This document shows positions 23,689-32,203 of a stretch of 34,589 bases of DNA, one piece after another. The stretch is from an uncultured Ignavibacteria bacterium. GTDB lineage: Bacteria > Zixibacteria > MSB-5A5 > SM1-73. The stretch's first letter is position 1. Every line of letters begins with the position of its first letter. The notes under the pieces are model-generated. The model saw only the letters and a list, made by a program, of their open reading frames with translations. It had not been told where the DNA came from and did no database searches. The stretch covers positions 1 to 34,589 of the forward strand of contig CAYFQZ010000544.1 in the NCBI GenBank assembly GCA_964345305.1, in the 5' to 3' direction. The translations under genes were made by a program, and so were the position numbers.

Positions 23689-26262
23689 TTAGAATCTCCC
23701 GGTCATGGAGAACCGCATGGTATTGGACAGGGCCGATGTCTTGCTTGAAGGGATGTAGGCGAAATCGAATCTGAAGAGGCCGTACTGCAATCCCGCGCCG
23801 AACGTCGGGTTTTTCACGTCGCCAACCTTGTCGTACACGTATCCGGCGCGCAGGGAGACGTAGGTTCCATACCAGTATTCCGCACCCATATTCAGGATGG
23901 CCTCCTCAAGCTCCTGGCTGACGGGATCGTCCAGACCAACACGTTCCTTGTTTACCTCGAGTGTCCCGGTCAGACGATTAAACGGACTGTCCACGATCCG
24001 ATAGGCCAAGCCCACTGCCAAGTTACGTGGCAGAGGATCGGACTGGTTCAGATCGATGTAGGCGATGTTGCGACCCAGGTTGGTCAAGGCCGCTCCCAGA
24101 GTCAGCTTCCTTATCGGGGTCTTGTACAAAAGTCCCGCGTCCAGGGCGAAGGACGATCCTGACCCCTTGCCCTTCTCCAACCCCGCTCCCTGGTCGGCCA
24201 AATGGCTGTAGATTACTTTGGCAGAGAGGCCGGTGGACAGGCTGGGACTGAGCCGGCTACCGTAGGAGAAGGTGAATGCCATCTCGTAACTGTCGAAGGT
24301 TCCCAGTACGTTGTTGAATTCGTCTGTGCGGACGTTTTCGCCCAGGGAGAGGAAAGTCAGATTCGCGCCCACCGTTCCCCATCCCTCCATGTGGACGACG
24401 CCCGAAAGGTAGTCATAATACAGATCGCTGGCCAGTTCGGGCAGCCAGTTGGCGTGCATGAAGGTAATCTCCCTCTTGGCGTGGGCATATATAACCACCT
24501 TCTCTGCGGTGGCAAACCACGACTCTCCATCTTGATGGACGATCTTCTTGGTGCTCTGCCGCTCCAAACCAGCGTGGTAATACCTGCTCCAGCTTTCCCC
24601 GTCCCATCTTATGGTCCCGTACTGTGTTCCCACGAACAGCTTATTCGACCCGGCCTCGGTCAGCGAGAGAATCATGCTCCCCAAGGCATTGTAGTAAACA
24701 TATATCTTGGCTCCAGGTTCCAGCTTCCCGGTGGGATCCAGCCGGTTGTAATCTATGATCATCTGGGAGAGCTTCGAGATCCTCTCCTGATCATCCGATC
24801 TCAAGAACTGCCGCGCCACCGAGTTGACGTCGTCTCCTTCCTTGGCGTCATAGAGCCGGTAACCGTAGGTAAACCATCTGTCTCCGTCGTACCTTTTCAG
24901 GCCGCGGTCGGTTCCGACCCATAGATTTGCCCGACCGTCCAGGCTGAGCGCGGTGACCTTCCCGCTCAGCGCCAGCTCGTAAGGAAGGTTGATGACCTGC
25001 CCCGCTCCCAGAGCGGAATCGCCGAGCGAGTTGTATGCCTTGACCGCGGCTACCGACTGGGCGACGATGTTTTCGTTTTCGCTGCCCAAGAATCTTTGGA
25101 CCACCTTCTCCAGTTCGTCTCCAATTCTGAATGAGTACTGCTCATGCGGCTGCCACGATTCACCGTCGAGTTTGAAAAGCCTGGTCTCGGTGGCGGCCCA
25201 GAACTCCCTTTCCCCGACGTTTGCGAAATCCACCACAGCCACATCCTCCACATCTCCCGCGAAAGGCACGTTGGTCCACTTGGTCCCGTCGAATTTCACC
25301 GCACCCTGATCGGTCCCCACCCACGCGTAACGCCTGGAGACGGCCAGAATCGCAGTTATGCGATTTGACGGGAGACCATCTTCGCTCGAGAATCTGCGCC
25401 ACCTCTTTCCATCGAAGGAATGAAGACCACTCTCGCTTCCTATCCAGAGCATCTTTCCGTCCGAGGACATAGACGTAAGTTTTCCGTCGAACAGTATCCG
25501 GTAGGGAATCTTCACCGACCCGGGCAATCTTCCGGTGACAACTTGGCGAAGTAGAGAAGAGATTTCTTCGGTCTCTTTGGATGAAAGGGCATCATCGCTC
25601 AAGAAGTCGTTCACCCTGGAAACAAGATTTGAGAGATTCTCTGACGACAGAAGCAACTCATCCCAGGAGGTCAGCACATCTTCCCACAGCGACGAAAGAT
25701 CTTCTCCCGCCTGTTGGCTCCGCTCCAGAACCTTCTTTTTCAATGCCGACAGCGAGTCCTTGCCGACCGAATGATTGAATTCGGCGGTAAGCTCCTTCAT
25801 CCGCGCTATCTTCGCCTGGTCCTGCACCTGCGAAAACTTGGCCAGTATGCTCTCCAGCGTCTCGCCGGTCGAGGGAGAGTATCTCTCGTAGTTGAGCCAT
25901 TTACCCCGGTGCAGCCTGAACAGATCCGACTCACTGATCGCCCAGACATCGTACCGTTTGTAGTTCAACTCCGGTATGTCGTTTCTCAACAGAGCCATCG
26001 ATTCAAGCTCAAACTCAGCCGGCAGCGGATACTCCAACCAGGTGGAAGTCAGGGGATAGACCCCCAGACCTGCCGGATTCCAGTGGGTGGCCGTGGCATC
26101 ATCCGAGATGGCCACAAAAGCCTCGCCCATTCCGGCAGCCCTGGCCCCGGCCGCTATCCGCAGGAACAAAACGGCGGATCGGCTTACGTCGGCACGACAA
26201 TCCGAGCCAGCAAACCCGATCATCCAACCCATTAAGAGACAGGCAAGTATTACCTTCCTCAT
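23689..26262 (-). CDS. porV: PorV(LptO)-like outer-membrane barrel with a large inserted LysM-like/propeller region
   Basis: I prefer ATG 26262, preceded by AAGGAGG with an 8-nt spacer, which gives the signal peptide MRKVILACLLMGWMIGFAGSDCRA. An alternative is ATG 26319, preceded by GAGGA. The PorV hallmark is FLRIAAGARAAGMGEAFVAISDDATATHWNPAGLG. C-terminal barrel strands include PLPRNLAVGLAY and end MRFSMTGRF. The gene lies directly downstream of the PorU-like gene. Confidence 0.8.
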   Translation of the reverse strand: MRKVILACLLMGWMIGFAGSDCRADVSRSAVLFLRIAAGARAAGMGEAFVAISDDATATHWNPAGLGVYPLTSTWLEYPLPAEFELESMALLRNDIPELNYKRYDVWAISESDLFRLHRGKWLNYERYSPSTGETLESILAKFSQVQDQAKIARMKELTAEFNHSVGKDSLSALKKKVLERSQQAGEDLSSLWEDVLTSWDELLLSSENLSNLVSRVNDFLSDDALSSKETEEISSLLRQVVTGRLPGSVKIPYRILFDGKLTSMSSDGKMLWIGSESGLHSFDGKRWRRFSSEDGLPSNRITAILAVSRRYAWVGTDQGAVKFDGTKWTNVPFAGDVEDVAVVDFANVGEREFWAATETRLFKLDGESWQPHEQYSFRIGDELEKVVQRFLGSENENIVAQSVAAVKAYNSLGDSALGAGQVINLPYELALSGKVTALSLDGRANLWVGTDRGLKRYDGDRWFTYGYRLYDAKEGDDVNSVARQFLRSDDQERISKLSQMIIDYNRLDPTGKLEPGAKIYVYYNALGSMILSLTEAGSNKLFVGTQYGTIRWDGESWSRYYHAGLERQSTKKIVHQDGESWFATAEKVVIYAHAKREITFMHANWLPELASDLYYDYLSGVVHMEGWGTVGANLTFLSLGENVRTDEFNNVLGTFDSYEMAFTFSYGSRLSPSLSTGLSAKVIYSHLADQGAGLEKGKGSGSSFALDAGLLYKTPIRKLTLGAALTNLGRNIAYIDLNQSDPLPRNLAVGLAYRIVDSPFNRLTGTLEVNKERVGLDDPVSQELEEAILNMGAEYWYGTYVSLRAGYVYDKVGDVKNPTFGAGLQYGLFRFDFAYIPSSKTSALSNTMRFSMTGRF
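24469..26049 (-). other. ~530-aa insertion inside the PorV-like barrel: three LysM-like segments alternating with Reg_prop-type propeller blades
   Basis: LysM-like segments are YSPSTGETLESILAKF...LPGSVKIPY, YSFRIGDELEKVVQRF...YNSLGDSALGAGQVINLPY and YDAKEGDDVNSVARQF...YNRLDPTGKLEPGAKIYVYY. Propeller blades include LWIGSESGLHSFDGKRW, AWVGTDQGAVKFDGTKW, LWVGTDRGLKRYDGDRW and LFVGTQYGTIRWDGESW. The boundaries are approximate. Confidence 0.6.
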
Positions 26263-26367
26263 ATCGAAAACCTCCTTGCGATCCCAGCTATTACCGTCAT
26301 GCGCTTCAGCTGATTTCATGGACTTTCCTCTGGTTCCCAGGTTCTGTGTCTTTACTGCTCGACTTGA

Positions 26368-26395
26368 AATATAGCCATTTCTTTAAAATCGGCAA
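26368..26395 (-). promoter_or_regulatory. Possible internal sigma70-type promoter ahead of the PorV-like gene
   Basis: The minus strand reads TTGCCG (26390-26395), a 16-nt spacer ATTTTAAAGAAATGGC, then TATATT (26368-26373). It sits in the 199-bp gap between the PorU-like and PorV-like genes. The -35 element is weak. Confidence 0.3.
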
Positions 26396-26461
26396 GATTT
26401 TTGGAAAGATGAACGCACCTGGAAAGTGAGCTTCTTCCCTATGAGTGAGTCTCATCGTCTC

Positions 26462-29400
26462 TCACCGCACTACCAGCGCCTTTCCGAATGCCTCCTTTGT
26501 TTTCCTCTCTCCATTTACCGTGCCTTCCGCAGTGATCTTGTATATGTAAATGCCGTTGGCCACCTTGTCTCCGTCGTCGTCTTCTCCGTTCCACGTGGTC
26601 GAGAAGTTGTATCCGCTGCGCGCTGAGGCAAAGGGTATGTGCCGGATCAGCCTTCCTGCCTGGGTAAATATCTTTATCTTCACCCTATCCACGTCGGGCG
26701 ATAGGTTATAGCAGAAACTGGTCGTCTCCGAGAAGGGGTCGAAGGGGTTGGGGTAGTTCATGACCTGGGAAAGTTCAAGCTCCCGGCGCTGGCTCACCCT
26801 AACCCTTACTTCTTTCACGGACGAGTTATTGGCGTTGTCCCAGGCCTTTATGGTGAGCGCGTGATCACCTTCCGACAGGTTTGGCAGAGGATGTTCAAGC
26901 GAGCCCTGCTGGTAGCTTCCCATATCGTACTCAAAACTCTGGGTGAGATCGAGCTGATTCTGGAAGTCCTGGTCGATCGTCAGGGTGATGCCGTGTCCCA
27001 CCTCGCCGGTGATGTTGATTCCGTGCTCATCAAACAGGGCGAGCCCGAGGAGGGAGTTGGGGAGTATCGTCTCTCCGTCAACAAAGATCTGCCTGTCGTC
27101 GAAGCTTAACGTTATCTGCGGCCCGACCGTATCTATCACCGTGGTATCGGAGCCTCTGATCACCAGGGAATCGCGAACCCCGGCCCCGTCTTGGTTCTGA
27201 CCCTGCAGGTAGACGCTGATCCTGCCCGTATTTCCCCCATAACTTATGTCCTTGGGCACCACGAAGCTGGCCTGGAATCTTCCTCCCTCCACATCCGCGT
27301 CGCCTTTGAACATGACCAGGCCAGGCAGATCATAGTCCACCTTCGCCCCGTTGGGCATGGTATGGCTCCTTTCTCTTTCGGAGTCAAAGGCCAATATCCT
27401 GACCGTTCCGTCCAGGCCGGTCATCAATTCACCCGTGCCGTCCCTGATCTCGCCGTCGACGCTCACCAGGCTCAGGGCGGAGATGGTATCCGGCTGTACC
27501 TGGGTCAACACCGCTTCAAGCCTGGGTGCTGCCAGCTTCATCACCGGGTCGCCGAAAAGAACGAACTGCCGGTCGTTGGAGTTGGGCTGCCTCAGGAGCT
27601 TGGCGATGAAAAGAGCCTCGCCGATGGACAGGGAGTCCTGATTCAGCAGAAGGTCGTAAACCTTGTAGTTCAGCGCGGCATTCGGGTCTGGAAAAACCAG
27701 CCAGGTAGCCGAGATGGTGGCGATGGAGCCTTTGTCCTGGCTTCTCAGGAACTGCTCCCCCATTCCCTCTCCAAACGGGTTGAAGAACAGACCGATACTG
27801 CACGAGGCCGTGTATATCAAAGGCAGCTTTCGCCCGTTACGGAGCCGCGGAATGTCCTGACTGCGCTTGAAAACCTTCTCGTGCGCCCACACGTCCGGGT
27901 TGCCATGCCCCATATAGTTGATGATCAGCGTACCGGAGTTGAAAGCGTTTATGATCGCATCCTCGGCCTCTGGCTTCTCCTCCTTAAGGTCAAAGGGATA
28001 CTCCATCAGATATATCTTGCTCAGATTAAAAACCGGCGGAACGTGAAGATCGGCCAACTCCTCTGTATCCCGCGTGTGAAATCCTTCGGAGTTTGAGGTG
28101 CTGGTGAATTCATCATCGGCCACCAGCGTGATCAGATTTCTCCAGGTTCCGAGTTGGGGATCGTCTTCATAGCCGATGACCTTATCCAACACCACCTGAA
28201 CCTCCTCCTGGCTCCTCACCGGCCATCGGGCGATTACCATGTCCAGTCCCCTATCCAGCGGCCCGTAAGCGGAATCCGAATCCAGGAAACCGTATCTGCC
28301 GAAGTAGACGTAATTGTCGTCCGAGACCGATCGGTCTCCTTCCCAGGTGGGAGTGAAGGGAGGCATGAAGTTATCCGTGCCGGTTCCCAGATTGTCCTTG
28401 TAATCGTAATGCCCGTCCCCCACCAGCAGCGTATATGCAGGCGCAGGTCTCCTCCAGTTCTGATGGGCGAACTTCAGGAAGTCCCTGATGGCCACCGGAT
28501 CAGGAAGACCTCCCGAGAACTCATCATACACGTCCTGAACCCCGATCACCCTCGTTGACATCTGGTTGAACGATTCCCGAAAGCTCTTCAGGCTGTGCAT
28601 CTGGTCACAGAAATCCGAATGAGTGATGATCAGAAAATCCGCCTGGTTTGAGACCCCCCTTAAGTCCGATTTCTCGTCGGCGAAAAACCGCACCGGCTTT
28701 TTGATCCTGCTTTCGTCCGCCAGAAGGTACCTGCTTGTCGCGTCTGTCTTGACCGTATCCTGGAAGGTGGCAACCTCACCATCTATCTGGGCGCCGATGA
28801 TTCTCTTGACGTCAAAATAATCGGTGAGCTCAAGCAGAAGTATATCAGGCGAGTGGAGGTTGGAGATCTCATATTGGGCCACACCCTCGGCATCAGGGCT
28901 TTCGAACCAGAGCCGCCGGTCGTGAAGCTCGAATCTTCGAGGGTATTCTATCTCGTACCAGTCCAGATAAGCGCCGCCGGGAAAGGCAATGTCCAGAGTA
29001 TCGACCATTCCCCCGTGAAACTCAAAACTCCGGGCCACGGTCATGGAGGCCGACGACAGCGTATCCAGGATCTCGGCCGGCTCAGCGTTCACCCACAGGC
29101 TGGGATGGGCGTCCGTATGCTTGACTCTGATCAAACACGCCTCCTGGGGCACCGCACCCGGCAAGCTAACAAAGAACCGGGCAGAAGGAGTCTCCATCCA
29201 GTACCAGTTAAAGTAGTCCGCCACATAGCCTGTCGGATAAACTCTCAGGCTGTTGTCCTGCTCGGCATGGGTTCTGGACCTAAACTGAGAGACCGGGTTC
29301 TGTGCCACCGGAGTTCCGTCCTTGGTGCCCATCCGCTTGGGAATGTCCGGAAAAGGCGAGGTGGGTTTGGGGCTGAATGTCAGCCAGAAAACGTTTTCGT

Positions 29401-30466
29401 CGGTGAAGGGATTGGTGTGAAATCCGGTGACCTTTCCCCCGGAATCGTAGTCCCAGTCATTCGTCGACCAGCCATAAAAGAGAACATAGTCTTCCGGGTC
29501 AAACGTGCCGTCCTCTTCCCCCGACACCAGGATGGCGATCTCCTCCAGTTGCAGAAACGGATTGGAATTGTCCAGGGGCAAAACCCGGCCTCCGCCGGAG
29601 AACATCCTCATGGTTCGAGGATCCAGAGAGCTTACCGGAACGCCCGCCTGAACCAGCACGGATCGGTCGATTTTGTATATGGCATTCTCCCGCACCACCG
29701 CCTTGTACCAGTTGTCAGAATGCCCGAACGGGTAGGGAACAGCTAGCTTGGGCAGGGCCGGCTGATCTTTGGTTCTTCGCCACGCTCGGGATTCATCGTA
29801 ATTGAGCAACAGGTTTTGGTAAACCCTCTCGAACGACCCTGTGCTTTCCTCGATTCTTCCCGCGCCACCACCCAGAAAGCTGACGGCTATTGTGATACGT
29901 GTGTAGTATCTGACGGTTTTTCGGACAGGATTGTACTGGACCGGGTGGATCTCCAACTGGACTATCCTCTGGCCTCTCATGAAGATTGGAGCATCAAACG
30001 AAACGATCTCAGGAGGATATAAGCGGTCCTGAGTCTTTCTTGTGGCCGAAGGCACGGCACGGTAGCCCACCTGAGCATTTTCATCGTGGCTTATCCTGGC
30101 TCCATATGCCAAATCTATATTCGATAGTTCTCCCCCTTCTTTATCCAAAATGTCCACCCAGACGTCTCCTTCCACTGGAACTCCGATGATCACCCTTCTC
30201 ACCGGCGCCAGGGGTTCTCCGGGCAGGTTTGCCAATCCACATTTGCTGATGTTTATTACGTCGAAGAATCGACCCCCCATTTCAATCTTTCCGCTCTCGA
30301 TTTCGGGCACCAGATAGCGGAAGGTCACGCCATCCTGATCCGAGCTGAGTATCTCCATATCATCGTATTCGGAGGCGGCGGCTGCCCCGTTCCAGAGGCA
30401 GCATGATAGCACTCCCAAGATCGTCAGGACGGACAGAAAGACTCGTGTAGAACTCACTGTCTCCAT
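26462..30466 (-). CDS. porU: PorU-like C25 cysteine peptidase (candidate T9SS C-terminal signal peptidase/sortase) with its own CTD
   Basis: I prefer ATG 30466, which gives the signal peptide METVSSTRVFLSVLTILGVLSCCLWNGAAAAS. The track ORF starts at 30592. The N-domain is propeptide-like. C25 dyad contexts are INYMGHGNPDVWA and LIYTASCSIGLF. The C-terminal domain is FlgD-Ig/T9SS-type. The gene lies immediately upstream of the PorV-like gene, the arrangement conserved for porU-porV in Bacteroidota. Confidence 0.8.
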   Translation of the reverse strand: METVSSTRVFLSVLTILGVLSCCLWNGAAAASEYDDMEILSSDQDGVTFRYLVPEIESGKIEMGGRFFDVINISKCGLANLPGEPLAPVRRVIIGVPVEGDVWVDILDKEGGELSNIDLAYGARISHDENAQVGYRAVPSATRKTQDRLYPPEIVSFDAPIFMRGQRIVQLEIHPVQYNPVRKTVRYYTRITIAVSFLGGGAGRIEESTGSFERVYQNLLLNYDESRAWRRTKDQPALPKLAVPYPFGHSDNWYKAVVRENAIYKIDRSVLVQAGVPVSSLDPRTMRMFSGGGRVLPLDNSNPFLQLEEIAILVSGEEDGTFDPEDYVLFYGWSTNDWDYDSGGKVTGFHTNPFTDENVFWLTFSPKPTSPFPDIPKRMGTKDGTPVAQNPVSQFRSRTHAEQDNSLRVYPTGYVADYFNWYWMETPSARFFVSLPGAVPQEACLIRVKHTDAHPSLWVNAEPAEILDTLSSASMTVARSFEFHGGMVDTLDIAFPGGAYLDWYEIEYPRRFELHDRRLWFESPDAEGVAQYEISNLHSPDILLLELTDYFDVKRIIGAQIDGEVATFQDTVKTDATSRYLLADESRIKKPVRFFADEKSDLRGVSNQADFLIITHSDFCDQMHSLKSFRESFNQMSTRVIGVQDVYDEFSGGLPDPVAIRDFLKFAHQNWRRPAPAYTLLVGDGHYDYKDNLGTGTDNFMPPFTPTWEGDRSVSDDNYVYFGRYGFLDSDSAYGPLDRGLDMVIARWPVRSQEEVQVVLDKVIGYEDDPQLGTWRNLITLVADDEFTSTSNSEGFHTRDTEELADLHVPPVFNLSKIYLMEYPFDLKEEKPEAEDAIINAFNSGTLIINYMGHGNPDVWAHEKVFKRSQDIPRLRNGRKLPLIYTASCSIGLFFNPFGEGMGEQFLRSQDKGSIATISATWLVFPDPNAALNYKVYDLLLNQDSLSIGEALFIAKLLRQPNSNDRQFVLFGDPVMKLAAPRLEAVLTQVQPDTISALSLVSVDGEIRDGTGELMTGLDGTVRILAFDSERERSHTMPNGAKVDYDLPGLVMFKGDADVEGGRFQASFVVPKDISYGGNTGRISVYLQGQNQDGAGVRDSLVIRGSDTTVIDTVGPQITLSFDDRQIFVDGETILPNSLLGLALFDEHGINITGEVGHGITLTIDQDFQNQLDLTQSFEYDMGSYQQGSLEHPLPNLSEGDHALTIKAWDNANNSSVKEVRVRVSQRRELELSQVMNYPNPFDPFSETTSFCYNLSPDVDRVKIKIFTQAGRLIRHIPFASARSGYNFSTTWNGEDDDGDKVANGIYIYKITAEGTVNGERKTKEAFGKALVVR
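26465..26761 (-). other. T9SS / FlgD-Ig-like C-terminal domain of the PorU-like peptidase
   Basis: MNYPNPFDPFSETTSFCYNLSPDVDRVKIKIFTQAGRLIRHI...WNGEDDDGDKVANGIYIYKITAEG...KALVVR. Confidence 0.75.
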
Positions 30467-30718
30467 AGACAGAAAAGCCGAGTAAACCCTCAAAACGCAG
30501 AAGCTCTTCCCTCTAAGATTTTCGGGAAGCACTACTCGGCTGGATGGCCTACAATCGCTCCAGCCAAAAGGGTTCGGGACTGACTTCCTCATAGAATCGA
30601 CAAGGACCTTCCGCTATTTACCTGCCGCAGAGACTCAGGCACAAACATCGCGGATTCGAATAACAAACCCTTTAGCTGTTGCTCCTATAGGCTTACCTCT
30701 CTTTGATTTATTTTCCCT

Positions 30719-30746
30719 ATTATACAATACAAATCCGTTTTGTCAA
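30719..30746 (-). promoter_or_regulatory. Consensus sigma70 promoter upstream of the PorU-like gene
   Basis: The minus strand reads TTGACA (30741-30746), a 16-nt spacer AAACGGATTTGTATTG, then TATAAT (30719-30724). It sits in an AT-rich gap ~100 nt after the aldolase stop. It is ~125 nt upstream of ATG 30592 and ~250 nt upstream of ATG 30466. Confidence 0.6.
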
Positions 30747-30849
30747 CTCTTTTCTGCCAGTCTTCCTCAGCCCTGATCCAGGTCATGTGCCTCGGAATCG
30801 TAGGACATCCGGGATCCTTTCTCGCAAGTCTCTACATCGCAACAAGTTG

Positions 30850-31941
30850 TCACCCAACCAGCCTGACCTTAACCAAGCTTGCCAGGTTGTCCGCTCTGAA
30901 AGCCTTTATGAATGAGCAGGCCACCTCATATGCCCTCTGTTCTATCTGCCCCGCGTTGACACTAGGGATGGAATCTATCTCCTTTTTGAACTCTCTGGTG
31001 GCAAACTTTATGTCTTTTCCATGATCGCCGGCCCATTTCTTCATCTCATCAAGAAGATCTTTCGGCAGAAACTCATGCGCTATGTTTTGCCACTGTGTGC
31101 CCACATTCCCTTTACGAATCCCATAATCGCCGAATTTGCCCACAACGCTCATCGGGGTGCCGGTGATCCCGTGTTGGGCGATACACACCCCTCGGGGTCT
31201 TACGGCATCAAAGACTTCCTTTGTCCTATCCAGGTCGATGAAGATCTTTTCGCCTTCCAGGTAATTGCCGTGTTTGGAGCCGTTGTTGATGGCCAGAAGG
31301 TCGGGATCAACGCCGCTTTCGACCAGGGAGTCGATGAATGTCCGGGCCTCTTCCACGGTCGTGAGTTGGGCTTCCTGACCGGCAGCTTTGACCTCACCCA
31401 CCTCCACCTCCAGACCCAAACCATACGGTCGAATAAGCTCCGCCAACTGGCCGGTTATGCGAATGTTGTCCTCCAGCTCATTAAAGGACGCATCAATGGC
31501 GATCGAGGTGTACCCCGCTTCCAACTCGGCCTTTATTTGCTCCCTGGCTGATTCCAGAGCCTCGGTGCTGGTATCCTTGACCGTGGTATGATCGCCGTGG
31601 ATGAAAAAGGGCTTTGAAAATCCCGTGCTCTGCGCATACTCTATTATGGTCTCGAAGAAGATCTGTGGTGTCTGGCCAGTGTATCCGCCGTCCACTCCAC
31701 CCTCGGTCTTGGCCAACTCGAGAGCCACCACCGAATCCAGCTCTTCTGCCGCCCTGAGTATGCCCGGAATAACGTGCTTGATGCGCGCATTGCATGCCAT
31801 TACGATGACCTTCTCGTCTCTCAGAACCTTGAATATGTCATGGGAATTGATCAAGCATACCTTGCTCCGGCTCCCCAGCTTCCTGCGAATATGTTCGGGC
31901 CTCAAGTCCAGCATTTTCGCATCTGTGCTCACCGCTGACAT
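30850..31941 (-). CDS. fba: Class II (metal-dependent) fructose-/ketose-bisphosphate aldolase family protein
   Basis: 363-aa ORF with GGAGAAAGGGG upstream of its ATG. Class II aldolase motifs are VMACNARI, FFIHGDHTTV, SIAIDASF, LEVEVGEV, NNGSKHGNY and IAQHGITGTP. Confidence 0.85.
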   Translation of the reverse strand: MSAVSTDAKMLDLRPEHIRRKLGSRSKVCLINSHDIFKVLRDEKVIVMACNARIKHVIPGILRAAEELDSVVALELAKTEGGVDGGYTGQTPQIFFETIIEYAQSTGFSKPFFIHGDHTTVKDTSTEALESAREQIKAELEAGYTSIAIDASFNELEDNIRITGQLAELIRPYGLGLEVEVGEVKAAGQEAQLTTVEEARTFIDSLVESGVDPDLLAINNGSKHGNYLEGEKIFIDLDRTKEVFDAVRPRGVCIAQHGITGTPMSVVGKFGDYGIRKGNVGTQWQNIAHEFLPKDLLDEMKKWAGDHGKDIKFATREFKKEIDSIPSVNAGQIEQRAYEVACSFIKAFRADNLASLVKVRLVG

Positions 31942-32203
31942 CTAAAAACCCCTTTCTCCAGCAAGTTTCTACTTTATACGGAGGCTGAAAACCCAAAAGT
32001 TGGGCCTGTTTTGGATCACTTGAGGGCAGGGCCGGGATCATCGCGGCCACCGGCGTCGGGAGCGGGTTTCACAATCCCATCTTTTCGGAAAATCCGGCTT
32101 CGATCACCGGTCTCGTCAAACTACCTGCAACCAGCGCAGCCGTATCGATCAGTCTTGCCGTCGCAGAAAGAGAAGCGTCCGCATCATGGGCTTGACGTGT
32201 TCT

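Noticed and set aside
24202-24924. Plus-strand 240-aa ORF, and similar ORFs at 22195-22761, 25714-26235, 18738-19391 and 32360-33058
   Set aside because: All are antisense to motif-supported minus-strand genes and look compositionally like shadow frames.
27191-29746. Long plus-strand ORFs (27191-28096, 301 aa; 28154-28558; 28853-29746, 297 aa) inside the PorU-like gene
   Set aside because: They lie entirely antisense to a 1300+-aa ORF that has clear C25 motifs. Their translations are Arg/Gly/Pro/His-rich low-complexity sequence with no motifs or SD sites. These are typical shadow ORFs in GC-rich coding DNA.
32075-32203. 43 sense codons in frame after the leuC TAG stop; also searched 31942-32203 for a LeuD remnant
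   Set aside because: LeuC already ends at its normal C-terminus (...GRITDPRKLW). The extension has no similarity to LeuD motifs, so it is probably chance.
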